Assembly (NCBI RefSeq): GCF_000143415.4 | Contig: NW_003314307.1 | Span: 1,282,952-1,346,951, forward strand | Reading direction: 5' to 3' | From: Selaginella moellendorffii | Taxonomy: Eukaryota; Plantae; Lycopodiophyta | DNA: 64,000 bases | The notes under the pieces: model-generated | What the model was told of the DNA's origin: nothing | The model's database searches: none | Seen by the model: the letters and a program-made list of their open reading frames with translations, nothing else | Shown: positions 11,710 through 24,086 of the stretch, in pieces | Position numbering within the stretch: position 1 is the first letter of the stretch | How the letters are laid out: the number at the start of each line of letters is the position of its first letter | Translations under genes and position numbers: made by a program

Positions 11710-14700
11710 ATTAGTAAATTAGAAACAATTAACTTGAATAAATTTTTATTAGAAAATTAAATATAATGAAATTAATTTAAAACCAAATGTACACTTTTAA
11801 GACTTTCATCATTAAACAGTAAATAATGTTTTAGATATTATAATACAGAGGTAATATGAGTGTGAGATCATTATTGTATATAAGTGGTTTTTCTTAAAAA
11901 AACACATAATGTTATTATCAATAATTTAATTATATTCCCATAAAAATGTATCCCAATGATTCAAGATTAAAATTTTATACCTCATTTAACTGGTACACAT
12001 TGAGATCCATTGTTTTTCTAAAGTAGTCGGACTAGTTGCGAAGCGACATGAATAAGAGGTTTATTTAAGAAGCAATTTATGATCCAATCAACTTTGCAGT
12101 AGTACTTGAGATCAATTTGTTGATGTATCTCTCTCTTCTTTCTGCTTCCTCCAATCTATGAATGTTTCTTGGACTGTCCTCCTAAAGCATGGATTATAGA
12201 TGTATGCATATTGACTGACAAGAGACTTGAGAGATGATGCACACTTGCTTCTCCCTCTCACTTCTAAAGCAAGATAAGCCTATAATTATAAGTCAATGAA
12301 AATGAACCACAAAGTTAAAAATTACTAGAATATAGGTTCTAGATTTCCAATTAATGCCATATATAAAAGAGATTGAGAAATCAATTCTCATGAAATTCTT
12401 GTCTAGGGTAGGAGGTAGTCTTTGGAGGTGTTGCAAGTGCTTGTCTCTAGCAATCTTGCAAGCTCCTATATGATTGTTACTGTTGCTTGCATTTTGTAAA
12501 CTCACTTACTACAAGGTGAGTGCTTCTCTTGTGTTGTGATTTGTAAGGTCTTCTTATGCAAGCTTTTCTATCCTGGGAGCTCTTCTATCTCTCTTCTTGC
12601 CACATCTCTTGTTATTACATCTTGCAATGTCCAAATGTGTGTCCAAGCAGGAGAAAAACTTGAAGTTCAAGCACCCAAAGGAGGACCACTACCCCTAATG
12701 GCAGTACAAAGAAGAACTTCATTCACTGGAACAAGCTGTCTAATGAAGGCTTGGGTGCCCACACCCTCAACCTGATGAGTATCCTAACTATGAGGTAGCT
12801 ACAAGTGGGCCAAGCACAACTTTGAGTGCCAAGCGCACTTGGTGTTCAAGGCATCTCTCTCCATGGCCAAGAAGGACAAGAGAATACATTAATGTTCTTC
12901 ACTTGGCACTTGCCAAAATTCTTTTAAACTTTAGTCTTTCTGACCTTTCCAGTCAAAAGTCAAGCATTCTTTATGCTTTCAAGTGGCCAAGCTCTTGCAG
13001 ACTCAGATGAAAAGGACAACCTTTCTAGGATCCTCGTACACTGGACTTGGTTGCAATGATTTAATGCTCATCAAGATTACAACGCCCACACTGAATTCCT
13101 AGATGATTGTTGATTGAAGCTGACAAACAAACCAAAACAAAAAAGACATACCATTTACAATTCCCATTTTTTGTACACCAGCTACCATCAGTAGATTAGG
13201 CACCCATTAGTGAAAGTTTGCATATTCTTTTTTCATATTACTCATTTGAAATTATTTTTTCAATGAATAGGACATTGATGACATCCTATTCAACAAGAAG
13301 ATCTTTTAGTGGATGAATTTATCTTAGCAATAATGCTCCCATTGATCAAGTACATTTTACCAACTCCTCAGCTGCATCATCTGCTACCATAGGAAAAAGT
13401 GTCTAAATCAGGTGCAAGTTCTCAAAGGGACCTCACAATTACCTATGCCATCTCAAGCTTGGGGATTACAAGAGATGACATCAACTAGACTAGGGACTAG
13501 CTTAAGTTGTTGAGAAGCAGGGTAGAGCCTAGGCTCTGTAACTAACAATTAGTCAAGTGAAAACTAACATGGGCAAGCACTAAGGACATTTGATGTAGTT
13601 GACACTCTTGCAATCTGTCAAGTCACGAAGCAAAACCTAAAAAGCCAAAAAGATGTGGAATAAATCTAGTAAAGCTCTCTCAAGACAACTACTGGCTAAG
13701 ACAAGCAACTACCATAGTTATTATAAGCGATTTAATTGGTGTTACAGCTCTTGTGGATAAGAGAATTTTTTTTAATATACCTCAATTAAAGTTAATATTT
13801 TTTTTAGTTGTAATTTTTGCAAGTATGACTCAAGAACAATTCATCAGCCCATATAGCACCCTGATTGTGAACTGCTTAAAACAACTAAGGCTGTGTAGAA
13901 CTGAGGGAATATTCCATTTGCCGCCACATCAGCATTAGGGTCACGACCATTGGGGAGGGGAAGTTCACTTAAGGGGGAAAAAACAGGGGATCAATTGTAT
14001 GTGAGGAAGTGAAGAAGAGAATAAAGGAAAAAGGATGCCTTGATGAAGAGGTCCTCAGCAAAGCGCCCTCGATCGTGTGAACGAGCGACTTTGGATACGA
14101 CGAGAAGCAAGAGAACGTCAAGCCACTATGAGCATACCCTGTCCTCACTGTGGGCAGCAGTTCTATTTTAGAGCAAACTCCTAGATATTCCCTGGGGTGT
14201 CTTCAGGCTGTACAAAGAAACTCTAAAACAGTTATCCACCAATATTGCATTGATGTCATTGTTGTCCCTTGAATCTAAAGATGTTGCATCAAGAGCATTA
14301 TTTTCATTATCTAAAAGTCTATAATGACTAGAGTCACAAACTTATCTAGGCCACAATCAATTCAATTTCCCATGTAATACAGATGGTGATGCTACTCTAA
14401 GTCTACCAGCTTTGGACCACAGCATACTTGTCAATTATTTGAAATTAGTTGAAAAATAAGGTGGTCATTATGCCCCATTTATAATTATATGAATAGTTTT
14501 TGCAATGAGTCATGTTCCAATTACCTCAACAAGAACAACTAGTTTCTTGCATAGTTCATGTGCTAGTTTGGAATCACATTAAAAGTGGTTTCTAGTGTGG
14601 CTTATATGGTAATTTTGAGTATAATTTTTAGATTCTGTAAGTAAAATAGCTTATTATAATTTTGAATAATAATATCTATTTCTTAAAGATATTATTACAT

Positions 14701-14819
14701 CACTCACTCCTAAAGAAGAAGATGCTATCAATCTTCTCAGAGGTCATTGCATCATTATGTGGCCTCCAAATCAAACAAAGAATTATAGATTAAAAATAAT
14801 AAACAAAAGATTACAATAA

Positions 14820-15128
14820 ACTTTATGTTGGACTTAATGGTTTCCTATCGAATGTGTAGAAAATTATGCCTATCAATGAAATATATTAGCTTAACTTATC
14901 TGTTGATCTACGAAAAGGAATGAGGAAAACAAACTTTAATATGGTTCTACTTCACTCTTCTTTGTTTTATGTTGTTTGGAAAAAAAATTTGATTACACCT
15001 AAGCTTATGTAATAGAATCAACATGGAGAAACTGAATAAAAGAATGTAATAAAACAAAAATGTTGTATAACGGCCATAGTGCTACAATTGTTGGCCTCTG
15101 GCACTAACATTCCACCCCTTGAGCCTAT
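14820..15128 (-). repeat. Inverted copy of 842-1153
   Basis: Reverse complement matches the segment just upstream of duplication copy 1 (e.g. ggccaacaattgtagcactatg / catagtgctacaattgttggcc). Confidence 0.85.
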
Positions 15129-15394
15129 GAATGACAAGAGCACTATATTTTTTAAAGGTTGTGTTGTGCCACACTTCAGATTGTATTGTCTTCGCTATAC
15201 ATGAAAAACAGGAAAGAAAAATAATAAATAACTTATGTATCCTATAGCAATATTATAGTGACAGTGCTTCATTGGCAACATTATCACTATCCATACCACG
15301 GCTGCCATGGCTGAGTAGCCTTGCCCCTATGGCCATACCATTCCCTCCATGAATGTGTGGCATTGGCCAAGCAAGATCTAGAAAACAAGTTTAG

Positions 15395-18300
15395 GAGTTT
15401 CATTAGAGAAAAAATACATTTTACTCACCATAAAGTTATTATGCAAATGTGAACACCATGGCTAAGCAGAAAAAAAGTCCCATGACACTAGCCACTGCCA
15501 TGCCCCCTCATAAAGCTGCCATGGCCGAGTAAAGCTAATGTAAACCATACCATTATCTCTATTGAAATCATGGACTACAACATTATCTTTATTAAAAATT
15601 ATACTATGTTCCAACTTTAGAACAGTGCTTAAAAGAATTATAATGAGCCATAACATTATCTATATTAGAAATCAGATCGTGTCCTAGTTTTAAAATTGTG
15701 CTTGAGATATTAAAGACCATATTGTGTTCCAATTTTTTATTAAATATATCATCTATATTAAAAACTAGATTATAATCTAGTTTTAGAGAACATAGTTTTA
15801 GAATAATACTTTAGTGAATCATATGTTATCTACAAACTGATTTATAGTTGCATAATAGGATTCATAGAATCAAATGTTATGTATATTGATAACTTGATTC
15901 AGTTCGGTTTCATAATTATACTTTGGAGAGTATTATGTCAGAACACATATATGTAAACTCTAGTAATTATAAAACTTTGATCCCAAATCAATGTACTCTT
16001 GCAAGGGAAATCTTGCAACCTCACATGGTTGAAAAAGAATATTCACGTATTTCGTTTTATTCAATTTTTGTGAGAGTTTTGTGAAAAACCATATAGAAAA
16101 ATAAAAACCATATATGCTGTGGACAAAGGAAAAAGTCCACAATGTCATGCACACTCCCATGCATCCTGCACCATTACAAGATACACACATGTACACTCAT
16201 AGTTCTCCTTGCTGAAGTCCTTCTACAGCTCAATCTGACAAGTCACAAAAACCAATTATGTTTTCAATTGTCTCCCTATCATATTGCATAGCATTGAGAA
16301 ACAAAAGATTGGCTTAAGACATTGAGAAGCAAGAGTCACAACTTTTCCTAAAACCACAAACCTCATCCAGGGACTTATGAATTGGAAAAATATATCTGGC
16401 TTCTCAAGGAAAGTTTTGAGTGATGCCCTGATTTGTCCTAATGAGCACATGACATAGGGAAACAAATAAATCAAAGAGATATCTGATTCTTGGATGGCTT
16501 CTCTTTTCTGCCGCCAACTGTGATCTGTCTACAGCTTTCTCTATTTGAAACAAGAAGCCAAAGTCTCCTCCTAAGACTGAATCTAATGCTGCTCTTTTCG
16601 CCATATGGTGGACGCTTTGGCCTAAAGATAAGGTTCTCAAGGGCCTTATCAGCCACAACACTAACCATCACTGACTGCTTGAAAACATCATCCATGGAAG
16701 GATATCCTACTATATCTTGACCCTCTAACAGGTACTCCAATTGTAACCTTTTCCATGGCAGCCAGAGACAATGCTTCCACCACACACTTTTTTCATTTAA
16801 CACTTTTGCTAGTGGAAGTGGCATTGAGTTTTCCTTGAAGCTTATTTGCCATGTCATTTTTCTACCCCACAATGGCCGAACAAGAAGCCACCACTTGATT
16901 AGTGGGCAAGCTTACATTTGACAGTCTTAGGGTGACGTCACAGTATACTTATATAACAATTTTTTACTTGCTTGAAGGGAACTGACTTAGATGTATTGCA
17001 ATGTGGCCCCATGATCATGAGCTTACCCAGCAGCCCTTGTGACAAGGTTCTATGGGATGTAGATGCAAGCTTGAGGCAGTGCACACTTATTGTAAGTTCC
17101 AGCCAATTATGATGTTTGAGATTGAGAGCTTCGGGCCTCTCCAGAGTCAAGCATGTTAGTGTGTGCATCACTAGCAGATTGCTAAGTTGAAGAGGCCAGT
17201 CGACTGACTGAGTATACTAGAGGTGGTGTGGCCGCTCGAGTGCCAAGTATAAACGGTGTACATATCACTTGATTGTGTGCAAAGCAGGTGAAGGCTGAAC
17301 TGATATGGTTGCCGCTCATTTCCAACTTGATCTGACCATAGGTGTGCGCTGAATCAGGAGTGTTGTTAAGGTCAGTGGGTAGCTCACGGTGGAAACCCGT
17401 GCGAGGATTGCAGACGCGTGGCCAATCTGGCACGTAGTCGTTTATGTCTCCTCCATGAATGCCACACACGAGGCCGCAGGAGCATGAGGCCACAGGAACG
17501 TAGCCCACGGCAATAACCTGTTTGTCACCACTTCTACCAGGTCCACCTAAGAAACAAGAATCCTTTCTAAGGCAAGACGAAGGTGGTGAAGCTCCTGCGT
17601 GGCATGCCGCTGTGATGATTCAATGAAGCTGAAGAAGATGACGAGGTTTGGGTTTCAGTGTGGGAGCCCTAAATTTTGAGCAAGATTTCCATCCTTATAA
17701 CATGTCTAGGTCCAAGAGAAGAGAATGGCGATGGCGCAGCTCAACAAGGCGCTGTGGTGCGACCGCGAGGTCTTCGCCACCGGAGGTGAGATCGATGTAG
17801 CAAAGTTTCGGATGTGTCGCAACTGGTGGAAGGTGCTGAGAAGATCGATCTTCCAATCAAGTCCGTGTGCCAGCAAGCTCCATACGGCCTTGGGGAGAGA
17901 ACTCTCGTCGACACGGATGTGAGGCGAGCTTGGCAGATCAATCCCGAGAGGGTCTCTTGCCCCGAGGTTCCAAACTTCTTCTCGTCCGTGGCTCACGACT
18001 TGGCCGCGCATGGACTCTCCGTCATGGGGTTGGATTCGACTGCTCTGGGGCTCGACGTCAAGCTCTACAAGCTGCTGCTCTACGAGGCTGGCGGCCACTT
18101 CAAGTTCCACAGGGACAAGATGGCATGTTTGCGACGATGATCTTGCAACTTCCGACGAGCACGGGACACAGCGGCGGGGCTCTCGCGGTCCGCCAGGGAC
18201 GGCAGTGCTGCGAGTTTGATTTCTCGGACGGGAGCTCCAGCCACTACTTCTCGACGATCTTCTTTTGCGACTGCGAGCATCAGCTCAAGGAAGTGACGAG

Positions 18301-18670
18301 CGGGTCGAGGTTGTGCCTGGTTTTTAGCCTGGTGAGAAGCAACGTGGAGTTTATACCCGCGGAGAACGTCCCGTCGTTCGTCTCGGCTCTTCCCCGAGTG
18401 AGAGCTCTCTTCCAGCAATGGGCTGCTGGCACTGGTGATGATCAAGCAGATCAAGCAGAAGGTGATGATATAGATGATGATAACAATGAAAGCTGATGAT
18501 GACGAAGACCATCAAGACGTCGGCAAGAGTGACAGGAAGGGTCGTAAGCTCCTGGCGATTCCTTTGGCACAAGTACTCGAAGACGAGCCTCTCTTTTGCG
18601 GGGCTAAAGGGTCACGACCGCGTGGTGGCCGCTCTCGTGAGAGCTTGCGAGTTTCTGGAGCTCCATCTCT
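15395..18670 (+). repeat. Copy 2 of the ~3.4 kb direct segmental duplication
   Basis: Same sequence as 1151-4552 with small indels; continues into the full-length oxygenase gene. Confidence 0.95.
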
Positions 18671-20751
18671 GCATGCTCACCAAGCACAAGACCGTGACAG
18701 ACGATTCCGAGGTCGAGTACGTGATTGACAATTGGATCAGAGCGGACGACCAGCCAGCAAAGTTTATGAAGTGGAACATAGACATCAAGCAAGAAGTTCT
18801 CAAGACAGCTACCAATTATGGCGACGATGACGACGCTGACTTGTTTGATTTCCTCGAGGACGAGTTCCAAGGAACCGGGATGATGGCTGGCAACGAAGGT
18901 GGAACTGATCAGTACTTCTATCACGTAGCAGTTCTCGTGGTTTGGCCCAAGGGCGGCCTGATGAGAACGATCTGCTCGTCGGTAAAGGACATAACTTGGG
19001 TGCTGGACTGGATGAGAGAAAATGGCGGTGACTTTGCAGCTCCTGGATCACTGTCGAGGGCATACTTACAGGAGATAGTCACGTCTTTGACACACCGGTT
19101 TGATTCGCTGGCTCCGCTTCTCGAAAGGAGCTATTACAACGAGCGAGAAGAGCTCCTCCAAGGTCCGGCAATGCTGCTCGAAGTTTGCATCAAGTCTGGG
19201 CTTAGCGACGAGGCGCTGTCGATCATGAGGAGCTGGAATGTGGAGCTGATAGAAATCAGGGAATTCGCCAATGCCGTGCAAGCTTACGGCTGGGAGGTTT
19301 GCAAGGAGGTCGTTGCTGGAGTCATAAAGTGCGTGGAGAAGACTCCACCTAAGAAACAAGTATCCTTTCTATGGCAAGACGAAAGTGGTGAAGCTCCTGC
19401 GTGGCATGCCGCTGTGATGAAGCTGGGAGGCTTTCCTTCGCGGCTGCGGGACCAGGTCGGGTATCAGGACGGGGCCATTGGAGCTGCAAAGCTACTGTGT
19501 GCCAAGCTCATCGCAAACTCCACCGAGCTCCCGGCCGAGTTCCAGGGCGGCTTCACGAAAAGAGAAGATGATGGGATCACGCTCTTGGTCGAGTTTTGCC
19601 TCGAAGCTGGGCTCCAGGAGGAGGCCTCGCAGATTCTCGGCAAGCTAACCCTCCAGAGGCTGGACGGCAGAACGCTGGCCAAAGTGATGCGTTCTTTCTC
19701 GAGCCGCAGCGCCGAAGTGGAGAGAGCCTGGGATGAAAGGAAGAAGATGGCGGAGGATAGAAAGTTGGCGGAGGAAGAGGAGGAGAAGAAGCCACACCGT
19801 TTCTATGGCTATGGCTATAGTCGTCATAGTTCCGGGTCCAGTTTGAAAGGCAAGAGCTCGGGAGAGCTGTGTGAGGCGTACGTGCGCGACATGGTGGAGT
19901 TTATGCTGGAGCTAGAATCGCTGGGACATCACAATGAAGCGCTGGGTTTCGCTGCCAGGCCCTTTCCTTGCGACTGTGCTGCACGGAAGTTCACGGAAAA
20001 AAGTGGTCCGGGAATGACCAATCTACAAGAGCACTGGATCGTGGTTATGCTGCTGTTAAACAAGCCCGAGCTCATACTGGACAAGTCACGCTTCCTCTTG
20101 GGGGAGAGCGAGCGTTGTGTTGCGATCATTACCATGGAAAAGGCTGCGGGCTTGGTTGGCTTGAAGAACAACGAGGCGGCCAAGAAGGTGCTGGTCAAGC
20201 TTTGCGTGGATCAGCTGGTGAGCGTGGCTGATCTAGCGGAGACGAGTACCTGGACTGAATACCACGGTGGCACCTCCAGCGGCACAAAGAAGGATCGATT
20301 CTGTAACTACCAGGATTTTTTCAAGACTTGGAAGGACCAGAAGAAGTTTTTCGAGCTCTTGCTGTGGCTGGAGGAGGAGGAGCTGCTTGGAGCGATGGTG
20401 GAGTGCGTGAGCAAGAGGGCGAACCTCTTGAGGAGGATGCTGGCGAGAGAGGAGGGGCTGGTGGATGAGGCCATGAAGCTTGGCGATGGCGTGAAGAGGG
20501 CGACGAGGAAGCTTGTGGAGGCGAGGATGGAGTATGTGTCCAAGGAGCCGATCTTGGGCGACGTGGTGGACAAGTTGGAGCCGGCGTCCAAGAAGCTCAA
20601 GCTCTGTCGCGAATTCGATGCTCGCCGGGTGATTGGGAATCCTCGGCAGCAGCGGCGAGTTTACGAGATTGTGGTGGAGGAATGGAAGGGCGATAGTGCT
20701 GCGAGATCGATCGAGATGGAGGAGCTCCAAGCGCTCCAGCAATTGCTTTGA
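17725..20751 (+). pseudogene. Full-length 2OG-Fe(II) oxygenase gene with long helical C-terminal region, several frameshifts
   Basis: Same N-terminal oxygenase motifs as copy 1. A 10-bp deletion at ~18117 and a 2-bp deletion at ~18568 relative to copy 1, plus shared frameshifts. Continues with HKYSKTSLSFAGLKGHD and MAGNEGGTDQYFYHVAVLVVWP in a 751-aa open frame. Confidence 0.85.
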
Positions 20752-20846
20752 AGATCTCCTTTTGTTCTAAAGTTGATAGTTCCATCAAGTTCTCTTTTTT
20801 TTCACTCGTAGAGGATTTTAGGGTTCTTGGAGAATGCGCAAGATGA

Positions 20847-23381
20847 TTGATGGTGTTACTGGCTTCCTCTCGTCCACGATCACGTAAGTGCTTCTCTCTC
20901 AGGGCAGGGCGAAGAAGAAATCACCCACTCCCATCTCCATTTCGAGCGCCGGAGCAAGAGAGCGATGAGAAATCTCCTGAATCTCCTTCCTCGCCATCGC
21001 TGTGGAGCTTGCTGGACGCTTTCAGGGCGTGTGGCTCCTGCCGCGACATGGACACGGCCAAGAAGCTCCACTTCGATGCCATCCAGCGCCATCTCCAGCA
21101 CGAGATCTTCGTCGCCACCGCCATCGCCACAATGTACGCCCGCTGCGGCAGCATGGAGAGCTCCCGCCGCGTCTTCGACCAGATGATCCGCCGCGACGCC
21201 ATCGCCTGGACGGCTCTCGTCACTGGCTACGTGATCAACGAGGATTTCGAGCAGGCCCTCGATCTCCTCCCTCGCATCCTGGCCGAGAAGCTCGCTGGCG
21301 ACTCCAGGATCTTGGTGGCTCTTCTCACCGCGTGCTCCAAGCTGGCGGCGGCAAGCAAAGATGGAAGCTCCGTGATTTCTTGCCTGGAGAAAGGGATGGC
21401 GATCCACTCCCTGGCAGCCAGCAGCAAGCTCGACTCCACGGAAATCTTCGTTGGGAGTGCTCTCATTGACATGTACGTGAAGAGTGGAAGCTCGCTCGAT
21501 GCGCGCATTGTCTTCGATAGGATGGATCGCCACGACGTGGTGGCATGGACGAGCTTGCTGCTGGGATACGCTGAGAGCAGCGACGATCGTGATCTGGAGC
21601 TTGCGCTGGAGTTTTTCCACTCGATGCTCGAGGTGTGTGATCCAAACGCTCATACTTTTGTGGCGGTGCTCATGGCTTGTGCTGGTCTCGCAGGAAAGGA
21701 GCAAGGCGTGGATGGAAGACTGAAGCTCTCGAGTTTGGAGAGAGCGAGGACGATCCACTGCCTGGCTCGGGAACACGGAGTGGAGCAAGAGATCTTCTTC
21801 GCGGGCGCGCTGGTGGACGCGTTCGCGAGGTGTGGAAGCATGGAGGATGCTCGACGAGTTTTCGAGCGAATGCCTTGCCACAACATGGTCGTGCTCAACT
21901 CTCTTTTGCTCGGGTACGTGGAAAACGATCAAGCCGAGCTCGCTCTATCCATTTTATTCTCGCAGGGTGATGATGGAAAGCGTTCGTGGTCGCCGAATCC
22001 TCGGACTTTGGTGGGGGCGCTCATGGCCTGCTCGAGCATCGGCCAACAAGTCGACGATCCGGGTCTAAAGCTGGTGTCACTGGAGAAAGGAATGGCGATC
22101 CACCGTGAGGCGGCGAAGCTGGGACTGGATACCTCCGACTTGTTCGTCGCGAGCACGCTGGTAGACATGTATTCGAGCTGTGGAAGCCTCGCCGACGCTC
22201 GAGCGGTATTTGACAGGATGGCGATTCACAACGTCGTTTGCTGGACGTCGCTGCTGCTGGGACTCTCCGAGAATGGCGAGCCGGAGCTAGCTCTCGAGCT
22301 CTTCGAATCCATGGTGGCAAGCAGCAGCGTTCTTCCAAACGCCAGAACTTTCAGGGTTGCTCTCTCGGCTTGCACCAGCTTGGCTTCCAAAGATGGCGAT
22401 GGTGGAAAGTGTGGATCTTCGTCCAAGCTCCAACAGTGTTTGGAAAGAGGGAGGAGGATCCATCGCCGAGCGATGGAGCTGGGACACGACACAGATATCT
22501 TCGTCGCCAACACCTTGATCGACATGTACGCTAAGTGTGGAGGATTGAGCGATGCGAAGCTGGTCTTCAACTCGATCGGGCAGCAGCAGCGCACGCCCGT
22601 GTCCTGGCACGCGATGATGCTGGGATTCGTGGAAAACGAGCAGCACCAACAAGCACTAGATCTCCTGGAGGAGATGCTGGCTCTTGGAGGAGGAGGAGTT
22701 TCTTCTTCGCCGCTCACCATCGTCGCGGCTCTCATGGCTTCCAGCGGCCTCGCCAGCCTCGACTCTGGGAGAAAACTCCACGCTCTGGCCTGCCGGGATG
22801 GATTCCAGAGTGACGCTGCGGTGGCGAGCTCCCTGATCGATTTCTACGGCAAGTGTGGCAGCAGCATGGTCGTCGCGCACCACGTCTTCGACTCAACCAC
22901 TTCTCCAGCTCTTCCTCACTGGAACGCTCTCGTCAGTGGATACAGCCGCCACGGCGATCCAGCGCGAGTTTTCGAGCTCTTCCGCGAGCTCCAGAAGGAA
23001 GGATTGGATCCCGACGCCGCGACTTTCCTGCCGGTCCTGGCGGCTTGCAGCCATGCCGGGCTCGTGGACCGAGGCACGAAGATTTTCGAGGCGATGGTGG
23101 CGAGCTCGTCGATTGCTCCCGGGATCGCTCACTACACTTGCGTGATCGACATGCTGGGACGTGACAATCGGCTCCGCGAGGCGGTGGAGATGATCGAGAG
23201 CATGCCGGGGCGAGCGGATGCGGCGGTGTGGACGAGCGTCTTGGCGGCGTGTAAGAAGTGGAAGAATGTGGAGGTGGCGAAGCTCGCGTTTGGGAAGATC
23301 ATGGAGGTGGACGGCAAGAGCGCTTCGCCGTACGTCCTCATGGCTACCATCTACGGAGGAGATCAGAACCTCGAGAGCTAA
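20847..23381 (+). CDS. PLS-class pentatricopeptide repeat protein with E domain (probable organellar C-to-U editing factor); start codon uncertain
   Basis: Repeated LIDMYAKCG...A..VF..M...VV.W..LL motifs. Ends HYTCVIDMLGR...MP..ADAAVWTSVLAAC...SPYVLMATIYG. No DYW domain; intronless. Confidence 0.93.
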   Translation: MMVLLASSRPRSRKCFSLRAGRRRNHPLPSPFRAPEQESDEKSPESPSSPSLWSLLDAFRACGSCRDMDTAKKLHFDAIQRHLQHEIFVATAIATMYARCGSMESSRRVFDQMIRRDAIAWTALVTGYVINEDFEQALDLLPRILAEKLAGDSRILVALLTACSKLAAASKDGSSVISCLEKGMAIHSLAASSKLDSTEIFVGSALIDMYVKSGSSLDARIVFDRMDRHDVVAWTSLLLGYAESSDDRDLELALEFFHSMLEVCDPNAHTFVAVLMACAGLAGKEQGVDGRLKLSSLERARTIHCLAREHGVEQEIFFAGALVDAFARCGSMEDARRVFERMPCHNMVVLNSLLLGYVENDQAELALSILFSQGDDGKRSWSPNPRTLVGALMACSSIGQQVDDPGLKLVSLEKGMAIHREAAKLGLDTSDLFVASTLVDMYSSCGSLADARAVFDRMAIHNVVCWTSLLLGLSENGEPELALELFESMVASSSVLPNARTFRVALSACTSLASKDGDGGKCGSSSKLQQCLERGRRIHRRAMELGHDTDIFVANTLIDMYAKCGGLSDAKLVFNSIGQQQRTPVSWHAMMLGFVENEQHQQALDLLEEMLALGGGGVSSSPLTIVAALMASSGLASLDSGRKLHALACRDGFQSDAAVASSLIDFYGKCGSSMVVAHHVFDSTTSPALPHWNALVSGYSRHGDPARVFELFRELQKEGLDPDAATFLPVLAACSHAGLVDRGTKIFEAMVASSSIAPGIAHYTCVIDMLGRDNRLREAVEMIESMPGRADAAVWTSVLAACKKWKNVEVAKLAFGKIMEVDGKSASPYVLMATIYGGDQNLES

Positions 23382-23672
23382 GGTTTTCTACTAAAGTTTT
23401 GGTGATTGATCGAGGAAAACCTCGAGAGAAGCTCTAAAGATAAAGTAAAGAACTATGTACGACAAGACAAAGAATGGGCCACACAATCTTATTGTCACAC
23501 TGTCTTCCGTACGAGGCGGAGAGAACATTCTTGTTCCTGTACTTGGAAGAACGAAGTTCTATACAACTTGTGAGTGTCTCATCCGTACGGGATGAGAGGA
23601 TGGAAGATCGAAGTTTTATATCCGAGAGTGGGAGTAGATCTTCACCAATTAAAGAAGAGAAAGGAACTTCTC

Positions 23673-23674
<2 letters not shown>

Positions 23675-23703
<29 letters not shown>
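23675..23703. repeat. (TG)n microsatellite
   Basis: Direct observation. Confidence 0.95.
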
Positions 23704-23705
<2 letters not shown>

Positions 23706-24086
23706 AAAGTCCCAGTCTTTCACGGGAATCTCTTGGCATGCAGTGTCAACTTGCCGTACGTGAAGAACACCATCGTTGACAAATTGTCACCTCGGGCGTT
23801 TGTCAAGCGGAATATACCCCGGACAAGAATATCCCCGGAATATTCACCACGTGTAGCCTATCCGACGACTCCCTTTCCCTTTTGCTATGAGCTCTTTTCT
23901 CCTCTTTCTTCTTCCTTTGCTTTTGGCTAGGGGCGCGCGTGGCGATGGTGTGGGATTCTACTCCATTGGCAGCACGGGGATGTGAATTCCCGCGGTGCCG
24001 GGGAGGGGATTGGAGGTGATCTTGGCCGGGGGAGGGTTTGATTTGGCTAGAATCGGTAGGAATCCCTAGTCGCCGGGGCCGAAACG

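Noticed and set aside
20880-23350. Many overlapping antisense and alternate-frame ORFs over the PPR gene
   Set aside because: Expected from high GC and codon bias; no independent coding signal.
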